DNA from: Alphaproteobacteria bacterium
GTDB lineage: Bacteria; Pseudomonadota; Alphaproteobacteria; JAAXGF01
Reading direction: 5' to 3'
Assembly: GCA_963555825.3 (NCBI GenBank)
Contig: CAUVXB020000001.1
Location: 2,348,805-2,412,804 of the forward strand
Length of the DNA stretch: 64,000 bases
Positions 9,582 through 18,299 of the stretch are shown in pieces. The first letter of the stretch is position 1. Each line of letters begins with the position of its first letter. The notes under the pieces are model-generated. The model had not been told where the DNA came from, did not search any database, and saw only the letters and a program-made list of their open reading frames with translations. The position numbers and the translations under genes were made by a program.

Positions 9582-10364
9582 ATGGCGGCCGTCGAGCTAT
9601 CCTACGAAATCACCGGCGTGGGGCCGCCACTCTACCTGGTCCACGGCATCGGTTCACGGAAGCTCGGCTGGGCCGGCTTGCTGCCGCACCTCGAGGACCG
9701 CTTCACCTGCGTGACGTCGGATCTGCGCGGCCACGGCGCGAGCCCGGTGCCGGCGACGCCCTATTCACTCGACGACCTGGTCGCCGACCTCGAGGCGCTG
9801 CGCGCCACGCTCGGTCACGAGAAGATCCACGTCATCGGTCATTCGCTCGGCGGCATGATCGGACCGGCTTACGCCCGCGCCCATCCCGACCGCGCGCTGA
9901 CGGTCGGCCTGTTGAGCACCGCGGCGGGCCGCACCGAAGAGGACCGCGCCAAGCTGCGCGGCGTGATCGCGGCGATGGAGGAAAGAGGCATCCGCCCGGT
10001 CCTCGATACCCTGGTGCAGCGCTGGTACACCGACGACTTCATCGCCGCGCACCCCGACCTGATCGATATACGCAAACAGCAGGTCGTCGACACGCCGGCC
10101 GAGGTCTTCCTGAACGTCTTCCGCATCTATGCGGCGACCGAGATGGCGCCCTGGCTGGGCGAGGTCGCCTGCCCCTGCCTGGTGCTGACCGGCGAACTCG
10201 ACGGCGCCTGCAGCCCGCGGCACAACCGCTTCATGGCGGAGACGCTGCCCGACGCCGAGCTGGTCATCCTCGACGGCCTCAAACACGCCATCCTGATCGA
10301 GGGGCCCGACCGCGTCGGCCGCCACGTCCGCGACTTCCTGCTGCGCCGCGGCGGCGCGGGCTGA
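9582..10364 (+). CDS. Alpha/beta fold hydrolase
   Basis: LVHGIG, DLRGHG, GHSLGG nucleophile elbow, GELD, terminal His. Confidence 0.9.
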   Translation: MAAVELSYEITGVGPPLYLVHGIGSRKLGWAGLLPHLEDRFTCVTSDLRGHGASPVPATPYSLDDLVADLEALRATLGHEKIHVIGHSLGGMIGPAYARAHPDRALTVGLLSTAAGRTEEDRAKLRGVIAAMEERGIRPVLDTLVQRWYTDDFIAAHPDLIDIRKQQVVDTPAEVFLNVFRIYAATEMAPWLGEVACPCLVLTGELDGACSPRHNRFMAETLPDAELVILDGLKHAILIEGPDRVGRHVRDFLLRRGGAG

Positions 10365-10370
10365 CGGGGG

Positions 10371-11186
10371 TTATGTGCGGGGCCGGCAGACGCGGCCGAA
10401 CAGGTCGCGCTGCAGCGCCTCGTCGGCGATGACGCCGGGTTCCCCGCAATAGCTGAGCAGCGCGATGCAGCGCCACCGCGCGCCGCTGGGCGCCGTCACC
10501 CGGTGCAAGGCGTTGCGGCCCTGGAAGATCTGCAGGTCGCCGGGCCGGAGGTCGAGGTCGACGACGTTCTCGCCGCCGCCGGCGAGGACGGCCGACACCG
10601 CCGGGTGGTTTTCGTCCGCGTCGCTGCGGATGCCGGGCACGTACTGGAACACGCCACCCGCCTCGGGCTCGACGACAAGAACGGAGGCGATGAAGTGGGT
10701 CTCGTCGAAATGCCAGGGCAGCGCCTCGCCGGGCGCCTGAAAGCTGAGCGTGCAGGCCGCCAGCGGGTCGCCGTAAGGGTGGATTGAGGCGATGTCGAGG
10801 CATCGGCGGACGAAATCTTGAAACCGGCCCCACTCGTAGAGCGCCCGGACCGGCGAGGTAGGCGGGAAGTGATCATAGGCGAGGAAGCGGTTGGTTCGGT
10901 CGGAAATGACCCGGCCGGGGTGTCCGTCGGGCAGGTCGTCGGCACCCTCGGCGTGGTACGGCGGATAGGGCGAGAATCGACGGGTCGAGACATAGGCGTC
11001 TGCGCGTAGCGCCTCGCTCTCGCGGACCATGGCGTCGAGCGCCGTGGGCGTGACGAAGTCCTTGACCAGCGCGCAGCCGGTTTCGGCGAGCTGCGTCCGT
11101 GCCTGCTCGACGGTTCGACCGTAGGTCGGGTCGCTCGGCGCGTTCAGCGGGAACCGGTCTATATTGACGACGTCCGAAACTCTCAT
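10371..11186 (-). CDS. 2OG-Fe(II) oxygenase, BesD/HalD-like fold
   Basis: LPWHFD, GGVFQYVP, PGDLQIFQGRNALHRVT. Confidence 0.75.
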   Translation of the reverse strand: MRVSDVVNIDRFPLNAPSDPTYGRTVEQARTQLAETGCALVKDFVTPTALDAMVRESEALRADAYVSTRRFSPYPPYHAEGADDLPDGHPGRVISDRTNRFLAYDHFPPTSPVRALYEWGRFQDFVRRCLDIASIHPYGDPLAACTLSFQAPGEALPWHFDETHFIASVLVVEPEAGGVFQYVPGIRSDADENHPAVSAVLAGGGENVVDLDLRPGDLQIFQGRNALHRVTAPSGARWRCIALLSYCGEPGVIADEALQRDLFGRVCRPRT

Positions 11187-11332
11187 TCCGAGACCCTCTT
11201 CATCGAGGCACATGTTTCGCTCGCCTAGCGAGCGGGCGAAAGGTCCACAGACCACCGGATTGTCCTCCCGTCGGGTCGCGCAGGCAAGCGATCACGTCGT
11301 CCCGCCATGCCGGGCGCTCGATTTCGTTATTT

Positions 11333-11356
11333 ACATATGAACAGCTTTTCATTTAT
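11333..11356 (+). promoter_or_regulatory. SmtB/ArsR-type operator
   Basis: ACATATGAACAGCTTTTCATTTAT, an imperfect 12-2-12 palindrome directly before the ArsR gene. Confidence 0.7.
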
Positions 11357-11365
11357 TGTTGCGAA

Positions 11366-11713
11366 ATGACGATCGATGCCGAGAACGACCACCATGCAGC
11401 GGCCGACGGGCCGCTCGACGAGGGCCAGACCGCGGATTTGGCTGAAATGTTCCGCCTGCTCGGCGACCCGACGCGGCTCTCGATCGTGCTCGCGACGCTG
11501 CCGGGCGAAATCGCCGTCGCGGCCATCGCGCGGCGCATCGGCGCGTCGCCGTCGCTGGTCAGCCACCATCTGCGTCTGTTGCGCGGCGCGCGCATCGTGC
11601 GCGCCGAGCGGCGCGGCAAGCAGGTCTTCTACTCGACCGCCGATGGGCATATCCGCGACATGCTCAGCGACATGATCGAGCACGTCGGCGAGCCGCATGA
11701 GGGCGCCGGATGA
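11366..11713 (+). CDS. ArsR/SmtB metalloregulator
   Basis: FRLLGDPTRL, SLVSHHLRLLR, RRGKQVFY, D-x-H...EH alpha5 metal site. Confidence 0.9.
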   Translation: MTIDAENDHHAAADGPLDEGQTADLAEMFRLLGDPTRLSIVLATLPGEIAVAAIARRIGASPSLVSHHLRLLRGARIVRAERRGKQVFYSTADGHIRDMLSDMIEHVGEPHEGAG

Positions 11714-12384
11714 GCCAATGCTGCCCGCCCCCGCTCGTCGACGCCCATGCCGACACGCCATTGCGCGCGCGTCAGCGCCGCGCGCTGTGGATCGTGCTGG
11801 CGATCAACGCCACGATGTTCTTCGTCGAGATCGTCGCCGGCTGGGTCGCCGGCTCGACCGCGCTGTTGGCCGACGCGCTCGACTTCCTGGCCGATTCGGC
11901 GACCTACGGGCTGACGCTCTATGTGCTCGCCAAATCGCTGCGCTGGAAGGCGTCCGCGGCGCTCGCCAAGGGCGCCGCGATGGCGCTGTTCGGCGTCTGG
12001 GTGCTGACCGAGGCAGTGACGCGCGGGTTCGATCCGGCGCTGCCCGACGCGGCGATCATGGGCGGCGTCGGCGGGCTCGCGCTGGCCGCCAACCTGGCCT
12101 CTGCCGCGATCCTGTTCTGGCACCGCGGCGACGACCTCAACATGCGGTCGGTCTGGCTGTGCAGCCGCAACGACGCGATCGGCAATCTCGCGGTATTGGC
12201 CGCGGCGGGCGGTGTGTTCGCGACCGCCACCGCCTGGCCCGACCTGGCCGTCGGCGGCATCATCGCGACGCTCGAACTCAGCGCCGGCGTTTCGATCATT
12301 CGCCAAGCACTGCGTGAGCTGCGCACCGGCGGTCCCTTGACGGCTTCGGCGCGGTCGCCCGAACAGGTACGGGCGAATGACTGA
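11710..12384 (+). CDS. Cation diffusion facilitator (Co/Zn/Cd) transporter
   Basis: STALLADALDFLAD, DLNMRSVWLCSRND, WPD. Confidence 0.88.
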   Translation: MSQCCPPPLVDAHADTPLRARQRRALWIVLAINATMFFVEIVAGWVAGSTALLADALDFLADSATYGLTLYVLAKSLRWKASAALAKGAAMALFGVWVLTEAVTRGFDPALPDAAIMGGVGGLALAANLASAAILFWHRGDDLNMRSVWLCSRNDAIGNLAVLAAAGGVFATATAWPDLAVGGIIATLELSAGVSIIRQALRELRTGGPLTASARSPEQVRAND

Positions 12385-12853
12385 GGGCCGCGCCGAGCAG
12401 GACCGCCATCCCTTCGTTCCGCCGCCGCCATTCGTCTACGCTGGCTTCTTTGTGGTCGGGCTGGGCCTCGATTACCTCTGGCCCCTGCCCGTGCTTGCCG
12501 CGACGGTGCAATACGGCGTCGGCTTCGCGCTGGTCGCCGCGGGCCTTGCACTGTTCAGGCTGACGTTGCGGGAATTCGCCAAGGCCGGGACCAGCGTCGA
12601 TCACCGCAAGCCGACGACGGCGGTCATCACGTCGGGGCCGTTCGCGCGCTCGCGCAACCCGGTCTACGTCAGCATGACGCTGTGCTTCGTCGGCGCGGCG
12701 GTTGCGCTCGACGGACCCCTGGTGCTGGCCATGGTGGCGCCCGCCGTCGCCGTCATCCACGGCTTCGTCATCCGGCGCGAGGAGGCGTACATGGCGCAGA
12801 AGTTCGGCGTGGATTACGAGCGTTACACCGAGACAGTCAGGCGCTGGATTTGA
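12377..12853 (+). CDS. Isoprenylcysteine carboxylmethyltransferase family membrane protein
   Basis: TSGPFARSRNPVY, IRREEAYM..KFG..Y..Y...VRRW. Confidence 0.88.
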   Translation: MTEGRAEQDRHPFVPPPPFVYAGFFVVGLGLDYLWPLPVLAATVQYGVGFALVAAGLALFRLTLREFAKAGTSVDHRKPTTAVITSGPFARSRNPVYVSMTLCFVGAAVALDGPLVLAMVAPAVAVIHGFVIRREEAYMAQKFGVDYERYTETVRRWI

Positions 12854-12860
12854 ACCCCGA

Positions 12861-14249
12861 TCAGACGTCGCCGTCGTCCTTGAGCATGGCGATCGCGCCG
12901 CGCAGCGCCGCGATGGTTTGCGCCACGTCTTCGTCGCTGTGGGCAGTCGAGAGCACGCCCGAAGCGCGGGCGTTGAGATCGACGCCGTGCACCAGCATGG
13001 CGAGGCGCAGCTTGCGCACCGCTTCCGGCGAACTCGCGCCGATCTGCTGCCAGGGAAGGCTCGTGGCGTCGAACCGCGTCGGCGCGAAGTCGAGCCGCGC
13101 CGGGTTGGTGAACAGATGGACGCCCGAGATGTCGCCATAGAACGCCCAGGGCACGCCCGCGCTCTCGAGCACCTCGTTGAGCCCGGCGCGAAGCGATGCG
13201 GCGGTGGCGTTGGCCCGCGCGCAGGCATCCGTCGAGGCGATGATGTCCAGCGCGGCGATGCCGGCCGTCGCACAAACCGGGTTGGCGTTGAAGGTGCCGT
13301 AGTGCGCGATCTTCTCGACGCCGGCATCGCGCGTCGCCTCATGGTCGAGCCGATCGAGGATGCCCTTACGACCGACGACCGCGCCGCCGGGCAGGCCGCC
13401 AGCCAGGATCTTGGCGAGTGCGGTCAGGTCAGGCGTCACGCCAAGGTGTTCCTGCGCGCCGCCCGGTGCGACGCGGAAGCCGGTCACCACCTCGTCGAAG
13501 ATCAGCACGGCGCCGTGTCGCGTGCACAGCTCGCGCGCCGCGGCCACATAGCCGGGCGGCAACGGGATGACGCCGAAGTACGCGCCGGTCGGCTCGAAGA
13601 TGACCGCCGCGATATCGTCGTCGCCGGCAAGCGCGGCCTCGAGCGCGGCGCTGTCGCCAGGCGGCAGCAGCACGACCTGCTCGGCGACGCCCGACAGCAC
13701 GCCGGGTGCGGCGACGTCATGGACTTCCGGTCCGGCGCCGCCCGCCATGTGATCGTGCCAACCGTGGAAATGCGTGTTCAGCCGCACCACCTTGCGCCGC
13801 CCGGTATGCGCGCGGGCAAGCCGCAGGGCGAGATGCGTGGCCTCGGTGCCCGACGCGGTGAAGCGCAGGCGCTCGGCGCCCGGCATCAGCCTGCGCACCG
13901 CCTCGGCCCAGCGGATTTCGAGTTCGTGGTTGGCGCCGAAGTGGCTGCCGTGGTCGAGCGCGCCATGGATCGCGGCCAGCACGTCCGGATGATTGTGGCC
14001 GAGCAGCAACGCGCCGTGGCCGCCGAAGTAGTCGATGTATTGGTTGCCGTCGACGTCCCATTTGTGCGCGCCCTCGGCCCGCTCGACGTAGATGCCGTAA
14101 GGATCGAGATGGCGGCTATCGTGGGTGACACCGCTCGGGAACAGCAAGTTCGCCTCGCGCGCCAGCCGTTCGGACGACGGCGTCTTCTCGCGATAGGCCG
14201 TGACGATCATCGAATTCGACAGCGCGGGGGACGGCAGCGGGTCGGTCAT
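12861..14249 (-). CDS. Class III aminotransferase (GSA-aminomutase-like)
   Basis: WDVDGNQYIDY, SGTEAT, LIFDEVVTGFR, PDLTALAKILAGG. Confidence 0.9.
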   Translation of the reverse strand: MTDPLPSPALSNSMIVTAYREKTPSSERLAREANLLFPSGVTHDSRHLDPYGIYVERAEGAHKWDVDGNQYIDYFGGHGALLLGHNHPDVLAAIHGALDHGSHFGANHELEIRWAEAVRRLMPGAERLRFTASGTEATHLALRLARAHTGRRKVVRLNTHFHGWHDHMAGGAGPEVHDVAAPGVLSGVAEQVVLLPPGDSAALEAALAGDDDIAAVIFEPTGAYFGVIPLPPGYVAAARELCTRHGAVLIFDEVVTGFRVAPGGAQEHLGVTPDLTALAKILAGGLPGGAVVGRKGILDRLDHEATRDAGVEKIAHYGTFNANPVCATAGIAALDIIASTDACARANATAASLRAGLNEVLESAGVPWAFYGDISGVHLFTNPARLDFAPTRFDATSLPWQQIGASSPEAVRKLRLAMLVHGVDLNARASGVLSTAHSDEDVAQTIAALRGAIAMLKDDGDV

Positions 14250-14286
14250 GGTGTCCTGAACCTCTTCTCCAAAGCCGGGAGCCTAG

Positions 14287-14712
14287 TCACCTTTTTTGCG
14301 CGTGGCTAAGGGATTCTATGCCGAAATCTTCCGGCATCCGCGCCAGATGCGCCGGGCAGCGCCGGCAATCGGTACTGCCGAAGCCGGCCAACGGGACGGT
14401 GGCGCCCGGCACGGCCTGAAGCCGCGCGAACAGGTCGCATTCGGCGCCGTCGGGTGCCGCGTATATGGCGACGATGCGGCCGGCCCCGGTCAGGCGGTCG
14501 ATATGCCAGCGTATGGCTTTGTCCTGCCGTCGGTGCCGACCGACCCGCGCGCGCAAGCCGCCCGGGCCATGGGCGCTGCCGCAGTAGGCAAAGCGGCCGG
14601 CCGGCAACACCGCGCCGGGCAGCGTCGCGATGTCGAGCGCCAGCGGGCGCGCGAGATCGGCGATCAGGACATAGGCGCCGGGCGCCGCGGTGATGACCGA
14701 CACGGCACTCAT
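14287..14712 (-). CDS. GIY-YIG (DUF123-type) nuclease family protein
   Basis: GAYVL, YCGSAHGPGGLRARVGRH, WHIDRL, GFGSTDC..CPAHL. Confidence 0.8.
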   Translation of the reverse strand: MSAVSVITAAPGAYVLIADLARPLALDIATLPGAVLPAGRFAYCGSAHGPGGLRARVGRHRRQDKAIRWHIDRLTGAGRIVAIYAAPDGAECDLFARLQAVPGATVPLAGFGSTDCRRCPAHLARMPEDFGIESLSHAQKR

Positions 14713-14720
14713 ACCAAGAA

Positions 14721-15281
14721 TCAGCCCGCGGCCGATCGCGCGATGCCTTCGAGCACGTCGGCGACCAGCGCGCCGAGTGGGCGCTCGCCATCGAGCCGGA
14801 TCACCGGGCATTGCAGTTGCGCGCGCCAGGCCTCGTGCTTCGGACGGCTGCGGCCCTCGCGCGTGCCGTCGTCGTAGTGGGCGGCCCATTCGACGAAGGC
14901 CTCGTGCTCGTCGTGCATCGCGCCGCCGGGCGCCAACGCGTCCCAGCCGAAATCGCGCAGCGCGCGCGCGCGCTGCCGCTCGATACGCGCCGCGGTCGGC
15001 ACGGTCAGGAAGACGACCGCGTCGAACAGCGCGGTCAACGGTTCGCCCCATCCGCCGATCGAGCCCGAGAGCACCCACGCCGGCGCGTCACGCAGCGCCT
15101 GGTCGATCAGCCGCAGCCGCTCGACCGGATCACGCTCCTCGCGATAGGGCGGGTCGGTCGGCAACCAGTAGAAGTCGTCGGTATCGTGGTGCGGGCAACC
15201 GAAGGTCTCGGCCAGCGCGGCGCCGAGCGTCGTGGTGCCCGAGCCCGAGGCGCCGGTGATGTGGATCCGCCCCGTCACCAT
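14721..15281 (-). CDS. Adenylate-kinase-like P-loop protein
   Basis: IHITGASGSGTTTLG, DTDDFYWLPT. Confidence 0.8.
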   Translation of the reverse strand: MVTGRIHITGASGSGTTTLGAALAETFGCPHHDTDDFYWLPTDPPYREERDPVERLRLIDQALRDAPAWVLSGSIGGWGEPLTALFDAVVFLTVPTAARIERQRARALRDFGWDALAPGGAMHDEHEAFVEWAAHYDDGTREGRSRPKHEAWRAQLQCPVIRLDGERPLGALVADVLEGIARSAAG

Positions 15282-15286
15282 GCGGC

Positions 15287-15462
15287 TAACGCATAATCCG
15301 ATCGAATGGAACCGATCGGATTATGCCAGCCCGCGCCAGTCTTATTGGGACAAGAGGCGGGCCGCCGACCGTTCGGCCAGCTTTGATTCCACAAGATTGG
15401 CATGCGCGGCGATTGAGCGCAGGTCATCTTCACGAAGTGAAGGTGACCGCACAAATTCTCTA
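15287..15462 (+). repeat. Dispersed multi-hairpin intergenic element, copy 1
   Basis: Shares CAGCCCGCG, GCCGACCGTTCGGC, GCATGCGCGGCGATTGAGCGCAGGTC and GGTGACCGCACAAA with copies at 31983, 33891, 36115 and 39009. Confidence 0.9.
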
Positions 15463-16585
15463 GCCCGTCGCGTCGGCGCGGCCCTCACCGGAGACGCGGG
15501 CGGCCAGCGCCGCGGCCATGAAGTCGTCGAGCCCGCCGTCGAGCACGGCGCCGGTGTTGCCGGTCTCGACGCCGGTGCGCAGGTCCTTGACCATCTGGTA
15601 AGGGTGCAGCACGTAGGAGCGGATCTGGTGGCCCCAGCCGATGTCGCTCTTGGCAGCGGCATGGGCCTGCACCTCTTCCTCACGCTTCTGCAACTCGATC
15701 TCGTAGAGCCTGGCGCGCAGCATGGCCATCGCCGCGGCGCGGTTGCGGTGCTGCGAGCGGTTGGTCTGGCACTGTACGACGATGCCCGAAGGCAAATGCG
15801 TCAGACGCACCGCGCTGTCGGTCTTGTTGACGTGCTGGCCGCCGGCGCCCGACGCGCGGTAGGTGTCGACGCGCAGGTCCTTGTCGGCGATCTCGACCTC
15901 GATGGTGTCGTCGATCACCGGGTAGACCCAGACGCTGGCGAAGCTGGTGTGCCGTCGGGAGCTCGAATCGTAGGGCGAAATGCGCACTAGCCGATGCACG
16001 CCGCTCTCGGTCTTGCACCAACCATAAGCGTTGGGGCCGCTGACGCGCACCGTGGCCGACTTGATGCCGGCCTCCTCGCCGAGGCTCTCGGCGATCCATT
16101 CGATCTTGTATTCGTGCCGCTCGGCCCAGCGCAGGTACATGCGTATCAGCATCTCGGCCCAGTCCTGGCTCTCGGTGCCGCCGGCGCCGGCGTGGACCTC
16201 GAGATAGCAGTCGTTGCCATCGGCCTCGCCCGACAGGAGCGCCTCGAGACGCAGCCGCGCCGCGCGCCGGGACATCTTGCGCAGCGCCGCGACCGCCTCG
16301 TCGACGACCGCCTCCTCTTCCTCGGCCTCGCCGAGGGCGGCCAGCTCGATGTTGTCGGAGAGCTCTTGTTCGAGGGCGCGGTAGGACGTGATCGTGTTGT
16401 CGAGGCGGGTGCGCTCGCGCATCACGGCCTGGGCGGCTTGCGGGTCGTCCCACAGCGCCGGGTCCTCGGCCCGAATGCTCAGTTCATCGAGCCGGGCGAG
16501 CGCTGCGTCCCAGTCAAAGGTGCCTCCTCAGCAGTTCGAGCGACTGCTTGATCTCGTCGGCGAATGTTTCGACCTCGGCGCGCAT
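15460..16585 (-). CDS. prfB: Peptide chain release factor 2 (programmed +1 frameshift)
   Basis: GGQ motif, SPY anticodon-like motif (RISPYD), N-terminus [23 protein letters not shown]. Confidence 0.97.
16513..16528 (-). promoter_or_regulatory. prfB frameshift signal
   Basis: Minus strand AGGAGG-CAC-CTT-TGA-C: internal Shine-Dalgarno plus CTTTGAC. Confidence 0.93.
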
Positions 16586-16723
16586 GTCCGCCTCGTTGCC
16601 TGTCAATGTCCGTGTGAATTCTGGCCGCGTGTATAGCGCGCCCCGCGCTGCGAAGGAAGCCTTGAGCCGCCGTCGATCGCGCGGCCGCTGTGCTATCGTC
16701 GCGCCGGCGGACCCGCGGGCGGC

Positions 16724-18052
16724 ATGACGGAGGACACCGAGATGACCAGATACGCGCGTTCGGAAGCGCTGTTCGAGGAGGCCCGTTCCGTGGTCGCCGG
16801 CGGCGTCAACAGCAACGTCCGCTATGACGCCGCGCCGGTGCCGCTGTTCTTCACCCGCGCCGAAGGCGCCTATCTCTACGACGTCGACGGCAACGACTAC
16901 GTCGACTACCAGCTCGGCAACGGGCCGGCGATCCTGGGTCACGCGCCGCCCGCGGTGACCGACGCGGTTGGCCAGTCGCTGGCGTTGGGTCAGGTTTACG
17001 CCGGCCAGCACGAAGCCGAGATCGCACTCGCCCGGCGCATCGCCGGCGCCGTGCCCTGCGCCGAACTGGTACGCCTCAACGTCACCGGATCGGAGGCCAT
17101 CCACGCCGCGATGAGGTTGGCGCGCGCCCATACCGGCCGCCAGAAAATCGTCAAGTTCGAGGGCCACTACCACGGCTGGATCGACAACGTCTCCTACAGC
17201 GTCAAACCGCCGCTCAACGCCGCCGGGCCGGAGAGTGACCCGGTCGCGGTGCCGATGGGGCCGGGCCAGGCGGATAGCGCCGTGGGCGACGTGATCGTGC
17301 TGCCCTGGAACGACGCCGACGCACTCGACGCGGCACTGGCGCGCGACGGCGCGGCGGTCGCCGCCGTGGTCATGGAACCGATCATGTGCAACTCAGGCGT
17401 CATCCCGCCGCGGCCCGGCTACCTCGCCCGGGTGCGCGAGATCTGCGACGCCCATGGCGTGGTGCTGGTCTTCGACGAGGTCATCACGGGGTTCCGCGTC
17501 GCGCTCGGCGGCGCCCAGGCGCTGTGCGGCGTGACGCCCGACCTGGCGGTCTTCGCCAAGTCGATCGCCGGCGGCCTGCCGTTGAGCGCGGTCGCCGGCC
17601 GCGCCGACATCATGCGACTGCTCGAACCGGGCAACGTCGTGCACGCCGGCACCAACAACGGCAATGTCGCCTGCGTCGCCGCCGCGCTCGCGACGATGAC
17701 CGAACTCGCGCGCGACGGCGGCGCCGCCTACCGCGTCATGACCACGCTCGGCACCGGGCTGATGGCCGAGTTGGGCGCGCTCGCCAAAACCCACGGCCGA
17801 CGTCTCCTGGCCCAAGGACCGGGGCCGATCTTCTCCATCGCCTTCACCGACCAGACGGCGATCGGTGATTATCGCGATCACTGCGGCGCCGATCACGCGT
17901 TGATGGCGCGCTTCGCCGACGGCCTCCAGGCCGCCGGCGTGCGGGTCGGCCGGCGCGGTACTTTCTTCATGTCGACAATGCACGGCGCACGGGAAGTCGA
18001 ACGGACGCTCGCCGCCGCCGACGCCGCCTTTCGTGGCCTGGCTGAGGCATAG
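16724..18052 (+). CDS. Class III aminotransferase (GSA-aminomutase-like)
   Basis: GGVNSNVR, YDVDGNDYVDY, KFEGHYHG, FDEVITGFR, PDLAVFAK. Confidence 0.9.
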   Translation: MTEDTEMTRYARSEALFEEARSVVAGGVNSNVRYDAAPVPLFFTRAEGAYLYDVDGNDYVDYQLGNGPAILGHAPPAVTDAVGQSLALGQVYAGQHEAEIALARRIAGAVPCAELVRLNVTGSEAIHAAMRLARAHTGRQKIVKFEGHYHGWIDNVSYSVKPPLNAAGPESDPVAVPMGPGQADSAVGDVIVLPWNDADALDAALARDGAAVAAVVMEPIMCNSGVIPPRPGYLARVREICDAHGVVLVFDEVITGFRVALGGAQALCGVTPDLAVFAKSIAGGLPLSAVAGRADIMRLLEPGNVVHAGTNNGNVACVAAALATMTELARDGGAAYRVMTTLGTGLMAELGALAKTHGRRLLAQGPGPIFSIAFTDQTAIGDYRDHCGADHALMARFADGLQAAGVRVGRRGTFFMSTMHGAREVERTLAAADAAFRGLAEA

Positions 18053-18084
18053 GATATCAAGCGCCAGGCAGCCCGGACGCCGTG

Positions 18085-18235
18085 ATTAATGGGGTCAGAC
18101 TCCTTTTTCAATTATCAATTCTAGACGGTTATAAAAGTGTCTGACACCGTTTACCTGGTGTAGACATAAATTAATGGTGTCAGACATCGTTTTATATTCA
18201 TAATATCAACCATTAATTAAGGAGTCTGACACCAA
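18085..18235. repeat. REP/REPIN-like cluster: two inverted doublets with AT-rich spacers
   Basis: GGGGTCAGACTCC (18091), GTGTCTGACACC (18137), GGTGTCAGACATC (18176), GGAGTCTGACACC (18221). Confidence 0.75.
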
Positions 18236-18299
18236 TAGCTGCTAACACCAACAGTTGGTACCGTTGCTCATCGATGGCGCGTGGTCGAGCTTGGGGCGT

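Noticed and set aside
16513-16528. Apparent frameshift or pseudogene in prfB
   Set aside because: Canonical programmed +1 frameshift
18085-18235. Possible mini CRISPR array
   Set aside because: Units alternate in orientation, are only ~13 bp, and no cas genes are present
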